DNA of 32,000 nucleotides from Cupriavidus necator (GTDB lineage: Bacteria; Pseudomonadota; Gammaproteobacteria; Burkholderiales; Burkholderiaceae). Within the stretch, counting starts at the first letter, position 1. Every line of letters begins with the position of its first letter. Positions 8,914 to 16,254 of the stretch are shown here, one piece after another. Position numbers and translations under genes: made by a program. The notes under the pieces were generated by a model. The model was not told the origin of the DNA. It ran no database searches and saw only the letters and a program-made list of their open reading frames with translations. Location of the stretch: contig NZ_CP066019.1 of NCBI RefSeq assembly GCF_016127575.1, positions 2,250,001 to 2,282,000 on the forward strand, written 5' to 3'.

Positions 8914-10002
8914 TCAACGGCGGTGCTGGCTGAAGAACTGCCACATCATCGTGCTGGCATCCGGGCCGATATCGCTGTGGTAGCCATAGCTGGCATCGCC
9001 GCCGCTCCAGGCGTGGCCCAAGCCCTCCACTTCCACCAGCGTGACCAGGTCGCGGCGCCAGCGGCCGAAGCGGTATTCATGAGACCGGCCCGGCGCTTCG
9101 TCCTCCGGGCCGGACTGCGCGGGCGCACCGGCGAGCCGGTCTTCCAGGCCGTTGTAAGCCAGGAACTGCCGCGCCAGCAGACGGCCATTGACCGGATGGA
9201 CCGCGTCGTCGGCCAGGCCGTGGATCACCAGCGCGGGCATCTCGGGACCGCCCGGCGTCACGCCGGCGGCATCCAGCAGCCATGACGGATCGGCCGCCGA
9301 GCCTTGCTGCATGGCCCGCAGGCCGGCGCGCGGGTTGTCGGCGGCGCCGATGACCACGCCGGAATGCAGCGCCGCGGCCGCCACCTTGCCCGGGTAGCGC
9401 AACGCCACCACCGCGGCCATGGCCGCGCCGGCGGACATGCCGGCCAGGTAGATCTCGCGCTCGCGCACGTCGTGGCGCGCAGCCAGCGCATCGATCAGCG
9501 CGGCCACCGCCTGCGCCTCGCGTCCGCCCTCAGCGGCGCCCAGGTCGAACCACTGCCAGCAGCGCTGCACCTGGCGCCGCAAGGGCTGTTGCGGGTAGGC
9601 CACGATAAATCCCTCGCGCTCGGCCAGCGCATTCATGCGGGTGCCGGCCGACAGGTCATCCGGCGTCTGGCGACAGCCATGCAGCACCACCACCACCGGC
9701 AACGGGCCGCGATGGGCCTTGGACGGTATGTAGAGGTGATACGAGAGTTGCGGCACCAGTTCGCCCGGCAGCGGCGCCAGGCGCAGCCTGTGCGCCTGCC
9801 AGGTACCGGGCAGGGAACCCGGCGCGGGTGCTGGCCGGGCGGGCCGGACCTTGCCCGGCGGGCGGTCAGGCCGAGCCGGCGTGAGCGGATTAAGCGAATC
9901 CACGCGGTCCAGCCAGGACTTCACCTGGGCTTCCGTGCGGGCTTGCGCACGGCTCAGTCGCCGGATCTGCGCGTGCCAGTCAGCGGCAAAGCTTTTGGTC
10001 AT
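8914..10002 (-). CDS. PHB-depolymerase-family esterase (alpha/beta hydrolase, LpqC-like), no signal peptide
   Basis: Motifs VVLHGCRQTPDD, FIVAYPQQ, CWQWF and the nucleophile elbow GMSAG, plus HGLADD and GHAWSGG. The start was refined to ATG at 10002 (MTKSFAADW), with GGAG 4 nt upstream. The N-terminus is polar/charged and has no Sec signal. Confidence 0.8.
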   Translation of the reverse strand: MTKSFAADWHAQIRRLSRAQARTEAQVKSWLDRVDSLNPLTPARPDRPPGKVRPARPAPAPGSLPGTWQAHRLRLAPLPGELVPQLSYHLYIPSKAHRGPLPVVVVLHGCRQTPDDLSAGTRMNALAEREGFIVAYPQQPLRRQVQRCWQWFDLGAAEGGREAQAVAALIDALAARHDVREREIYLAGMSAGAAMAAVVALRYPGKVAAAALHSGVVIGAADNPRAGLRAMQQGSAADPSWLLDAAGVTPGGPEMPALVIHGLADDAVHPVNGRLLARQFLAYNGLEDRLAGAPAQSGPEDEAPGRSHEYRFGRWRRDLVTLVEVEGLGHAWSGGDASYGYHSDIGPDASTMMWQFFSQHRR

Positions 10003-10242
10003 GAGGACTCCTGATCGTGTGACGCGATCTCCTCCTATGCCTTTATTGTTGCGTTGCAGCATATCACAATCCGCATTACGCCCGCCGGCGTGCTCCCGCG
10101 CTTATGGCACAAACGCAACGAGCCTCGCCCCCGTAATGCGAAATTTTTAAACCAGCCATACGAAAGAATGCAGATCGCAGCGAGATGGCTTGCGTTGCCG
10201 GCGTTTTATACTTGGCCATCGTCACCGGAGGACAATGACACC

Positions 10243-11022
10243 ATGCCGGACAGCGGCGCCCCAGCCTGCCTGCTCTGCCTCTTTCGCCACGTTTGCCACA
10301 ATGCCGGGCCACAAGCCCCCCTGCCGCACGCGCCGATGGCGCTGCAGCCGGAGCTGGTAGAGGTGCGCACCGGCGAGCATGTGTTTCGCCAGGGCCGCCC
10401 TGCGCTGACGGTCTACCCGCTGCGCCATGGCAGCGCCAAGCAGGTCTATGAATCGCCGCTGGGCTGGCGGCAGGTAACGGGTTTTTCGCTGCCCGGCGAC
10501 GTGCTGGGGCTTGAGCCGCACGAAGGTCCGGTCTATGGGACTGGTGCAATCGCGCTGCAGGATGCAATGGTTTGTGCGGTCTCGGTCGAATCCCTGCGCA
10601 CCCTCATGCAGGCCGCCCCATTCCGTGAAACGGTGCTGGAAGCGATGCGCCGCAACGCCGAGCGCGAACGCGTGCTGCTGGTGGCGGTGGGGTCGATGAG
10701 GGCGCCACAGCGCCTGGCGATGCTGCTGCTCGACCTCGCCGGCGAGCAGGCGCGCCGCGACGGCAACCGCGACGGCGCGCTGACGCTGGCGATGTCGCGC
10801 ACGGACATCGCCAGCCTGCTTGGGCTAACCCTGGAAACGGTGTCGCGGCTGCTGTCGCGCTTTGCCTCGGTCGGGCTGATCTCGGTGCGCCAGCGGCACC
10901 TGCGCATCATCGACCGCGACGGGCTGGCCGCGGTCTATGCCGACCTGGATCCGGCCCCGCGCCAGGCGGCGGCCAGATCAGAAGCCTACGGCGGGGAGTT
11001 CGGCGAACCCCGGCTGGCCTAG
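10243..11022 (+). CDS. Crp/Fnr-family transcriptional regulator, FNR-type (Fe-S cysteine motif)
   Basis: Start refined to ATG at 10243, with GGAG at 10227-10230. The N-terminal C-x2-C-x5-C (ACLLCLFRHVC) plus the central MVCAV match the spacing of E. coli FNR Cys20/23/29/122. VTGFSLPGDVLG aligns with ITGFHLAGDLVG. The recognition helix LTLETVSRLLSRF carries the FNR E--SR residues. Confidence 0.8.
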   Translation: MPDSGAPACLLCLFRHVCHNAGPQAPLPHAPMALQPELVEVRTGEHVFRQGRPALTVYPLRHGSAKQVYESPLGWRQVTGFSLPGDVLGLEPHEGPVYGTGAIALQDAMVCAVSVESLRTLMQAAPFRETVLEAMRRNAERERVLLVAVGSMRAPQRLAMLLLDLAGEQARRDGNRDGALTLAMSRTDIASLLGLTLETVSRLLSRFASVGLISVRQRHLRIIDRDGLAAVYADLDPAPRQAAARSEAYGGEFGEPRLA

Positions 11023-11052
11023 ACGGCTGGCCGGGGCGCAGGGGCCAAGGGC

Positions 11053-11922
11053 TCAGCGGTCCGCCACGCGCTGCCAGCCGGCAGGCGAAAAACTGCGGAT
11101 GGCCTTGGCGCGCGATGCGGTGCCGGGCCCGAGGTCGCGCTCATAGAAGACGCGGTCGCTGCCGAGCATGAAGCTATGCACGCCGGTATCGCCATAGCGG
11201 GCCGGCCAGGCAATCAGGCCATACTTGGCGTCGCTGCCCTTGGCCGGCGGCAGGATCCGGTAATGGTAGCCGTAGAAAGCATCTGCGGCGGGCGTATCCG
11301 GGCCCATGGCAAGCGCATCGGGGCCGATCGGGCTGGCGTCCTGCTCGCTGGCCGCGGGCCAGTACAGGCCGTTGGTCTTGCCCGGCGCGCTGATCAACTG
11401 GGTCGCGTAGCGCCCCAGCCCCACCTGCTCCGCGTAGCGCTGCTGGGCATCGGCCAGCTGCAGCAGCGTTTCCATCGTCACCAGTTCATTGCGCCCGAGC
11501 CGGCGGCGGCGCACTTCCTGCTGGCCGGCACGCAGGTCGAACTGCCAACCGTCCTTCTGCTTTGCCAGCGGCACGGGGAAGGTCCATCCGCTCTGCCCGA
11601 CCGCGATCAGCGCGCGGCGCTCGCCATCGGGCTGCACGGCATGGTGGCGCGCCCAGGCGCCAAGGAATTCGTACACGTCGTCGCGGTTGATGGAGCCCTC
11701 CGGCACCAGCGACTGGTATTGCTTGCCCAGCACGCGCTGCAATGCATCGCCGTCGCTGCGCGCGATGGCATCACCCAGCGCCTCGGCGGCAGCGTCAGGG
11801 CTGGGGAAGACCTGCTGGGCCATCGCCGGCAGGGCCAGGGACAGGGCCGCGGCCGCCGCCAGCGTGCGCAGCGCGCGCGCTCGGGCTGCGGCAGAGAAGG
11901 GATTAGCGGTCATGTGCATCAT
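11053..11922 (-). CDS. DUF2950 domain-containing exported protein
   Basis: Signal peptide ALSLALPAMAQQ. The blocks FPSPDAAAEALGDAI, GWTFPVPL, GRNELVTMETLLQLADAQQRY, GLYWPA, YGYHYRIL, LIAWPARYGDTGVHSF and FYERDLGP match my recollection of DUF2950. The ATG lies 4 nt after the upstream TAA, which suggests translational coupling. Confidence 0.8.
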   Translation of the reverse strand: MMHMTANPFSAAARARALRTLAAAAALSLALPAMAQQVFPSPDAAAEALGDAIARSDGDALQRVLGKQYQSLVPEGSINRDDVYEFLGAWARHHAVQPDGERRALIAVGQSGWTFPVPLAKQKDGWQFDLRAGQQEVRRRRLGRNELVTMETLLQLADAQQRYAEQVGLGRYATQLISAPGKTNGLYWPAASEQDASPIGPDALAMGPDTPAADAFYGYHYRILPPAKGSDAKYGLIAWPARYGDTGVHSFMLGSDRVFYERDLGPGTASRAKAIRSFSPAGWQRVADR

Positions 11923-11925
11923 GAC

Positions 11926-13272
11926 TTACCTCCGACCATGGCCGAAATGTTCGCCGCCGCCGAGCCGGCCTCCACCGCCGCCGCCCAGACCACCGCCCTG
12001 GTGCCCGCCGCCCTGGTGGAGCCCGGCCGGGCGCGCATGCGGCGCTTCCCGCTGCGGCGTCGCCGCGCGCTGGGTCTGCTGGCGCACGCGGTCGCCGTTG
12101 CCGGCATCGCGCAGCGCGCTGTCCCGGTTGGCATTGCGCGCACGGTCGCGGGCCTGGGCCTGGTCTGCGCGCTGGCGGTCGGCGCCGGCCGGCCGCGGAT
12201 TCTGCACGCCACCGCCGGCGGCACCCGGGCGCGAGCGGTCTGCCACCCCGCCCGCATGGCCCGGTATGGATTGCCCGGTACGGCCCTCGAACGACTGCGC
12301 GGCGCGCTCACGCGCCTGGTCGCGCTCGGAAGGCTGGCGCTGCACCCCGCCGCCGGCGGCCCCCACGCGCTGGCCGGGTTGCGCAGCCTGCTGGCGGCTG
12401 GCGAGGCCGGACTGGCGCTGCTGGTCATAGCGACCGCGCACCGCCGCATTGTTGTAGGGCACGTTGCCGCGGTTGGCGGGGTTGTGCTGCCAGTTCACGT
12501 TGGCACGGTTGACGTCCAGGCGCTGGTTGACGTTGATGTTGTTGTAGCGGTTCACATTGATGTTGACGTCGTGGCTATTCCAGTTGAACCCGCCCCACAT
12601 CGCATCGACCGCCGCCACGCCAAGCCCGAAGCCGATGCCCGTTACCAGTGCCGTGGCAAACACGGAGCCGGGCGGCGGCGGGTAATAGGCCGGCGGATAC
12701 GCGGGATACGCCCAGGTACCGTAAACCGTGGTCGGGTTGTAGGTCGGCACGTAGACCACTTGCGGATTGGCCGGCTCGATCTGCACGATCGTGGTGCCGC
12801 CGGTGGTCTGCGTCACGACCTTCTGCTGCTCGGTCGTCTTCAGCGTGCCGGCTTTCTGCGCCTGCACCCGCAGCCGCTGCACCGAATCCATCACGTCATT
12901 GGGCTGGGCCAGGAAAGCGTCGCCGACCGACTGCACCCACTGCGGCTGGCGGCCCATCATGTCGAGCACGGAGGGGAACGCGGCCAGCGACTGCACGCTG
13001 GGGTCCCAGGCCTGGCTGGCGACCGCCTTGGTCGCGGCATCGCCAGACAGGCTGGGATTGGCCTTGGACCATTGCGCCGCAGCTGCGACGTCGGCCGGAT
13101 AGGTGGCAGCCATCAGCACCTGCGACAACAGCGCATCGGGATACAGGGCAATCGGCGCGGTCAGCTGGTCAAGCTGGGCATTGCTCAGCTTGGACTGCGC
13201 CATCGCTGGCCCGAGCGGCGCCATCAGCATCAGTGCCAGGCACCATGCGAAGAGGTGTTTGAAACGGTGCAT
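11926..13272 (-). CDS. DUF3300 domain-containing exported protein with a low-complexity C-terminal tail
   Basis: The track ORF begins at TTG 13287. ATG at 13272 (MHRFKHLFAWCLALMLMAPLGPAMA) has GGAGAG 5 nt upstream. LDQLTAPIALYPDALLSQVLMAATYP, WDPSVQSL and GDAFLAQPNDVMDSVQRLR are DUF3300 hallmarks. Confidence 0.8.
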   Translation of the reverse strand: MHRFKHLFAWCLALMLMAPLGPAMAQSKLSNAQLDQLTAPIALYPDALLSQVLMAATYPADVAAAAQWSKANPSLSGDAATKAVASQAWDPSVQSLAAFPSVLDMMGRQPQWVQSVGDAFLAQPNDVMDSVQRLRVQAQKAGTLKTTEQQKVVTQTTGGTTIVQIEPANPQVVYVPTYNPTTVYGTWAYPAYPPAYYPPPPGSVFATALVTGIGFGLGVAAVDAMWGGFNWNSHDVNINVNRYNNINVNQRLDVNRANVNWQHNPANRGNVPYNNAAVRGRYDQQRQSGLASRQQAAQPGQRVGAAGGGVQRQPSERDQARERAAQSFEGRTGQSIPGHAGGVADRSRPGAAGGGVQNPRPAGADRQRADQAQARDRARNANRDSALRDAGNGDRVRQQTQRAATPQREAPHARPAGLHQGGGHQGGGLGGGGGGRLGGGEHFGHGRR

Positions 13273-13321
13273 GTCGGCTCTCCACAAATACGCAGGTGAC
13301 GGCCCGCTGCCGGGGGGCGCC

Positions 13322-13696
13322 TCAGCGGCGCTGCTGCGTGCATTCCTGGCGATACGCCTCTTCCAGGCGCTTGCGGTCTGCCTGGCGTTCCAGTGTCGGA
13401 TATGTGCGCCCGTCGGCAGTGGTTACCGACGACTTGCCAGTGGACCACTGCGGCCCGCCGGGCAGCGCGTTGACCTGGTCCAGCAATGACTGGCAGTGCT
13501 GCCGCTGCGACGCAGACACCTTGCCATCAGGTCCTTCCACCACGGCCGTGGCTTCGTCCAGCATCCGTGGCGGCGGCGGGGCCACCATCGGAGTGCCGGC
13601 GGCCGCAGCCGCCGATGCAGCACTGGCTGCCCACGCCGGGACAACCACCATGGCGGCGCATGCCAGCACGCCCGCCTTGATCAGAAACTTCGTCAA
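13322..13696 (-). CDS. Hypothetical small secreted protein
   Basis: The track ORF runs 13322-13795. The TTG at 13696 is preceded by GGAG with a 7-nt spacer and gives a clean signal peptide, (M)TKFLIKAGVLACAAMVVVPAWA-AS. The mature part has an Ala/Pro-rich linker and two Cys (QRQHCQSL, YRQECTQ). I recognise no family. The ATG starts at 13747 and 13795 lack an SD. Confidence 0.5.
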   Translation of the reverse strand: MTKFLIKAGVLACAAMVVVPAWAASAASAAAAAGTPMVAPPPPRMLDEATAVVEGPDGKVSASQRQHCQSLLDQVNALPGGPQWSTGKSSVTTADGRTYPTLERQADRKRLEEAYRQECTQQRR

Positions 13697-13772
13697 ACCA
13701 ATACTCCAGAACCCTCCGCGGCACGTGGAAGCGACACCGCGGCGCATTGCAAGTTGCAAGAACCGTCCGCCG

Positions 13773-14063
13773 CTAGCGATCCTTGCCAGTGCCATTGCGG
13801 CGGCCGGTACGGTTGCGCATCAGCTCAAGCTTGAGCAGCGCATCCGCAAGCATACTCTTCAGCCGGGCATTCTCTTCCTGCAGCTCGCGCAGCTTGCGGC
13901 CGTCACGTGCATCACCCTGGCTGGGCTGGCCGTAACGGGCCCGCCATCCGTAGAACGAAGCATCGCTGAAACCATAGCGCGCGCACAGCTCACGCACCGG
14001 CACGCCGCTGGCCGCCTCGGCCAGGTAGCCGCGGATCTGCTCTTCCGAATACCGTCTGTTCAC
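13773..14063 (-). mobile_element. IS3-family (IS407-group-like) transposase orfA remnant; orfB missing
   Basis: GTG at 14063 has GGAGA 5 nt upstream. RRYSEEQIRGYLAEAASGVPVRELCARYGFSDASFYGWRARYG followed by the leucine-zipper-like LRELQEENARLKSMLADALL is the typical HTH orfA of IS3/IS407 elements. No slippery A-run and no DDE orfB follow. The reading frame degenerates into RNRTGRRNGTGKDR. Confidence 0.7.
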
Positions 14064-14893
14064 GAATCTCTCCGCATCACAACGGCGGGCCACAAGCGGC
14101 GCCAGCCGCGCCGCCAACCGTGCCGACTCTGGCCCTACGTTAGCCCACGGCCGCGCCAAAAAGCAATTCAGTGTCTTCGCTGCGCGAGTTAAGAAAATTA
14201 TCTCTGCACAAGCTGCCGCCGGCGCTGGCGCGCATTGCCAAATTTCGTTAAGCCAATTTGGAGTCCAGTTAGATCATTCGCGCTGCGCATCGCGGAAACG
14301 AAGATGCCGGCCGCGATAACACATGGGCATGACGACCTTCTGCACGGCAGTGATCGTGGATGAATCGCCCGGTGGCCCCGATTTCAAGCCATGTATTGAT
14401 GTACAGACAAAGAGGTACTAAACAAAATTAGAAGACTGCCATCAATTCAAGTTTCTATGACTTTTGCTGAGCATGTATTAAGATTCCTCGGCACAACTAA
14501 ATTTCGCACGCCTTCGCGCGGCGCCCTGGCGGCGCCGGCAGAAGAGCGGCCAGGCAGCCCGCACCACCCAGACGTGGTGCGCGTTCACGCTGCCAACAGT
14601 ACCGGGCCTGAAGGATCGAATCGTCACTGCGCCATTTGTCGACGCAAGTCGGACATTTAGGAGTCGTGCCATGCGTTTTCGCAGCATCCTGCCCGGGCTT
14701 TCGCCCACCTGTCTTTCATCCGGACATGCCCGCAGCGCGCGCCGTGCATGCCGCTTGCGCCTGTCACTGTCAGGGACCGGATCGTTGCCCTGACACCAGG
14801 CCGCGCTTGCGCCCTTTGTTTCGACGCAGTGCTGTAGGTGTCGGACCAACAAGAAAATAGAGAAAACAAAGTCATGGATCGGGAGAAGTCGGA

Positions 14894-15853
14894 ATGCGTC
14901 ACGTCAGCACGAAGTTGTTGCATGTCTTTGTCCTGGTCATGGAATACCGGGACCTCAGCGCCGTTGCGGCCTGCACGCAGGGACGCGTGCCGACGGTGGC
15001 CTACAGCCTCGCGCGCTTGCGCGAAATCACCGGCGATCCGCTGTTCGTCAAGCGCAACGGGATGCTCGAACCCACACCGCATGCGCTGCGCCTGGAGCAG
15101 ACGGCGCGGCAGATCCTGGCCAAATGGAACCAGCTGGTGCGCCCCGGCGAGCCTGGCCTGAGCAAGCGCCGTGACGACGGCAGACGCGTTTCGATCGGCT
15201 TTTCATCGTCGATCGGCGACCCGGTCATCACCGAGATCCTGACCGCACTGTGCGAGCAGTTTCCGCGCGACAGCTTTATCACGCGCCCGGTGATCGCCGA
15301 CGCCACCCTTGCCGGCCATCTCGGCAGCGGCGAACTGGACTGCGCCTTCATCGTCGACAGCGGCCACGATCCCGAACGCGTGCGCCAGCACAACATCATG
15401 GCCACGCCGCGCCGGCTGGTCAGCGCCACGCGCGGCGGCAGCCATGACGAAGGCGAAAGCGACTGGATCCTGCTGCAGGAAGACTGCGAGGCCGGCAGCC
15501 CGCTGCGGGCCTTCCTGAGCCGCCAGGCCAGCACTCCGGGGCATCGCGAGACCGTGGTCCCATCATGGCATACCCAGATCACGCTGCTGCATTCGGCCGG
15601 GGGCATCTGCCCGGTGCTGGACTTCAACGTGCCGCTGGTCACGCGCGAGCGCAAGACGCGCCTGCTGGCACCGCCGAGCAGCTTCCCGGAATGGGCCGCA
15701 CTGCATTTCTGGGCACCGGAGCGCAGCGGCGACAAGGGCGTGCTGCGCGACATCATGGATGTCGGCAGCGCCGTGCTGCGCGCCCCTCTCAAGGCCATCG
15801 ACAGCCGCCGCAACGGCCGCGCCGCAGCCCACGCGCAATCCGCACTGGCGTGA
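14894..15853 (+). CDS. LysR-family transcriptional regulator
   Basis: ATG at 14894 with GGGAGAAG upstream. N-terminal wHTH LLHVFVLVMEYRDLSAVAACTQGRVPTVAYSLARLREITGDPLFVKRNG, then a roughly 200-aa co-inducer domain. Confidence 0.85.
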   Translation: MRHVSTKLLHVFVLVMEYRDLSAVAACTQGRVPTVAYSLARLREITGDPLFVKRNGMLEPTPHALRLEQTARQILAKWNQLVRPGEPGLSKRRDDGRRVSIGFSSSIGDPVITEILTALCEQFPRDSFITRPVIADATLAGHLGSGELDCAFIVDSGHDPERVRQHNIMATPRRLVSATRGGSHDEGESDWILLQEDCEAGSPLRAFLSRQASTPGHRETVVPSWHTQITLLHSAGGICPVLDFNVPLVTRERKTRLLAPPSSFPEWAALHFWAPERSGDKGVLRDIMDVGSAVLRAPLKAIDSRRNGRAAAHAQSALA

Positions 15854-15882
15854 CGCAACGCCCCGCAGCGGCGGCGCCCGCA

Positions 15883-15921
15883 AGGCGCTGGCAGCCCCAT
15901 GGCGCCAGCGCCTTTTTCTTT
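15883..15921 (+). terminator. Intrinsic terminator of the LysR gene
   Basis: GGCGCTGGC (15884-15892) pairs with GCCAGCGCC (15904-15912), with inner pairs GCC/GGC around loop CCAT. It is followed by TTTTTCTTT (15913-15921). Confidence 0.8.
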
Positions 15922-16145
15922 GGCTGCGCAGAAGCGGCGGCGTTCTTATTACAGTCTTGAGACATTTTTCCGAGCGCTGACCCTGCGCTACACTCGCGCC
16001 AATTTGACCGGTGCAGGCCGCTGCGCCACGGCGGCGCTTTGCGAATCCTCCTAGTTTCGCCAGACCGCGCGGCCGATATCCTGCAATGGCATTGCCGCGG
16101 TCCGGCCGTCTCCCGTTTGGCCCGGTCCCGGGGCAATGCACGCAG

Positions 16146-16174
16146 TTGTCTGGCGTCGTATTGTTTGGCGTCGT
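16146..16174 (+). repeat. Tandem 15-bp direct repeat upstream of the orphan response regulator
   Basis: TTGTCTGGCGTCGTA (16146-16160) and TTGTTTGGCGTCGTT (16161-16175). The core TGGCGTCGT is identical in both copies (16151-16159 and 16166-16174). Confidence 0.8.
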
Positions 16175-16179
16175 TTTTG

Positions 16180-16213
16180 CGCCGCACGTCTCGCTGACGT
16201 GCGGCGTTTTCTT
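16180..16213 (+). terminator. Terminator-like hairpin in the leader of the response-regulator gene (possible attenuator)
   Basis: CGCCGCACGT (16180-16189) pairs with ACGTGCGGCG (16197-16206) across a 7-nt loop, followed by TTTTCTT. It ends about 40 nt before the ATG at 16255. Confidence 0.45.
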
Positions 16214-16254
16214 GATGCCGGCGCTGCCACGAACAAGAATCGAGGAGCAACCAG

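Noticed and set aside
10104-10118. A sigma-54-like TGGCAC element in the esterase/FNR intergenic region
   Set aside because: The -12 element is missing (CAAC is found where TTGC is expected). GG-N10-GC matches are trivial in GC-rich DNA.
11176-13299. 707-aa plus-strand ORF, with 11489-12430 and 12648-13262 nested in other frames
   Set aside because: It is antisense to the DUF2950/DUF3300 genes, which have clear family signatures and signal peptides. The product is Arg/Gly/Ala-rich without domain features.
14165-14178. The motif GAAGACACTGAATT (minus strand) resembles GAAGACTGAATT at 25633-25644 and GAAGACTG at about 14431
   Set aside because: The matches are short (8-12 nt) and include an indel. 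They are compatible with chance in local AT-rich patches. There is not enough evidence to call a repeat family or an IS inverted repeat.
14671-14793. 40-aa ORF (MRFRSILPGLSPTCLSSGHARSARRACRLRLSLSGTGSLP) with a good AGGAG SD at 14659-14663
   Set aside because: The SD and its 7-nt spacing are attractive. The peptide has the Arg/Ser/Leu bias of random GC-rich frames and no hydrophobic or structured character. It is kept only as a possible leader peptide to test by ribosome profiling.
14457-14852. ORFs of 67 aa (+), 124 aa (-) and 74 aa (+) inside the AT-rich spacer
   Set aside because: They have no SD, they overlap each other, their products are Arg/Cys/His-rich, and I recognise no family. They are more likely non-coding DNA or a decayed remnant next to the IS stump.
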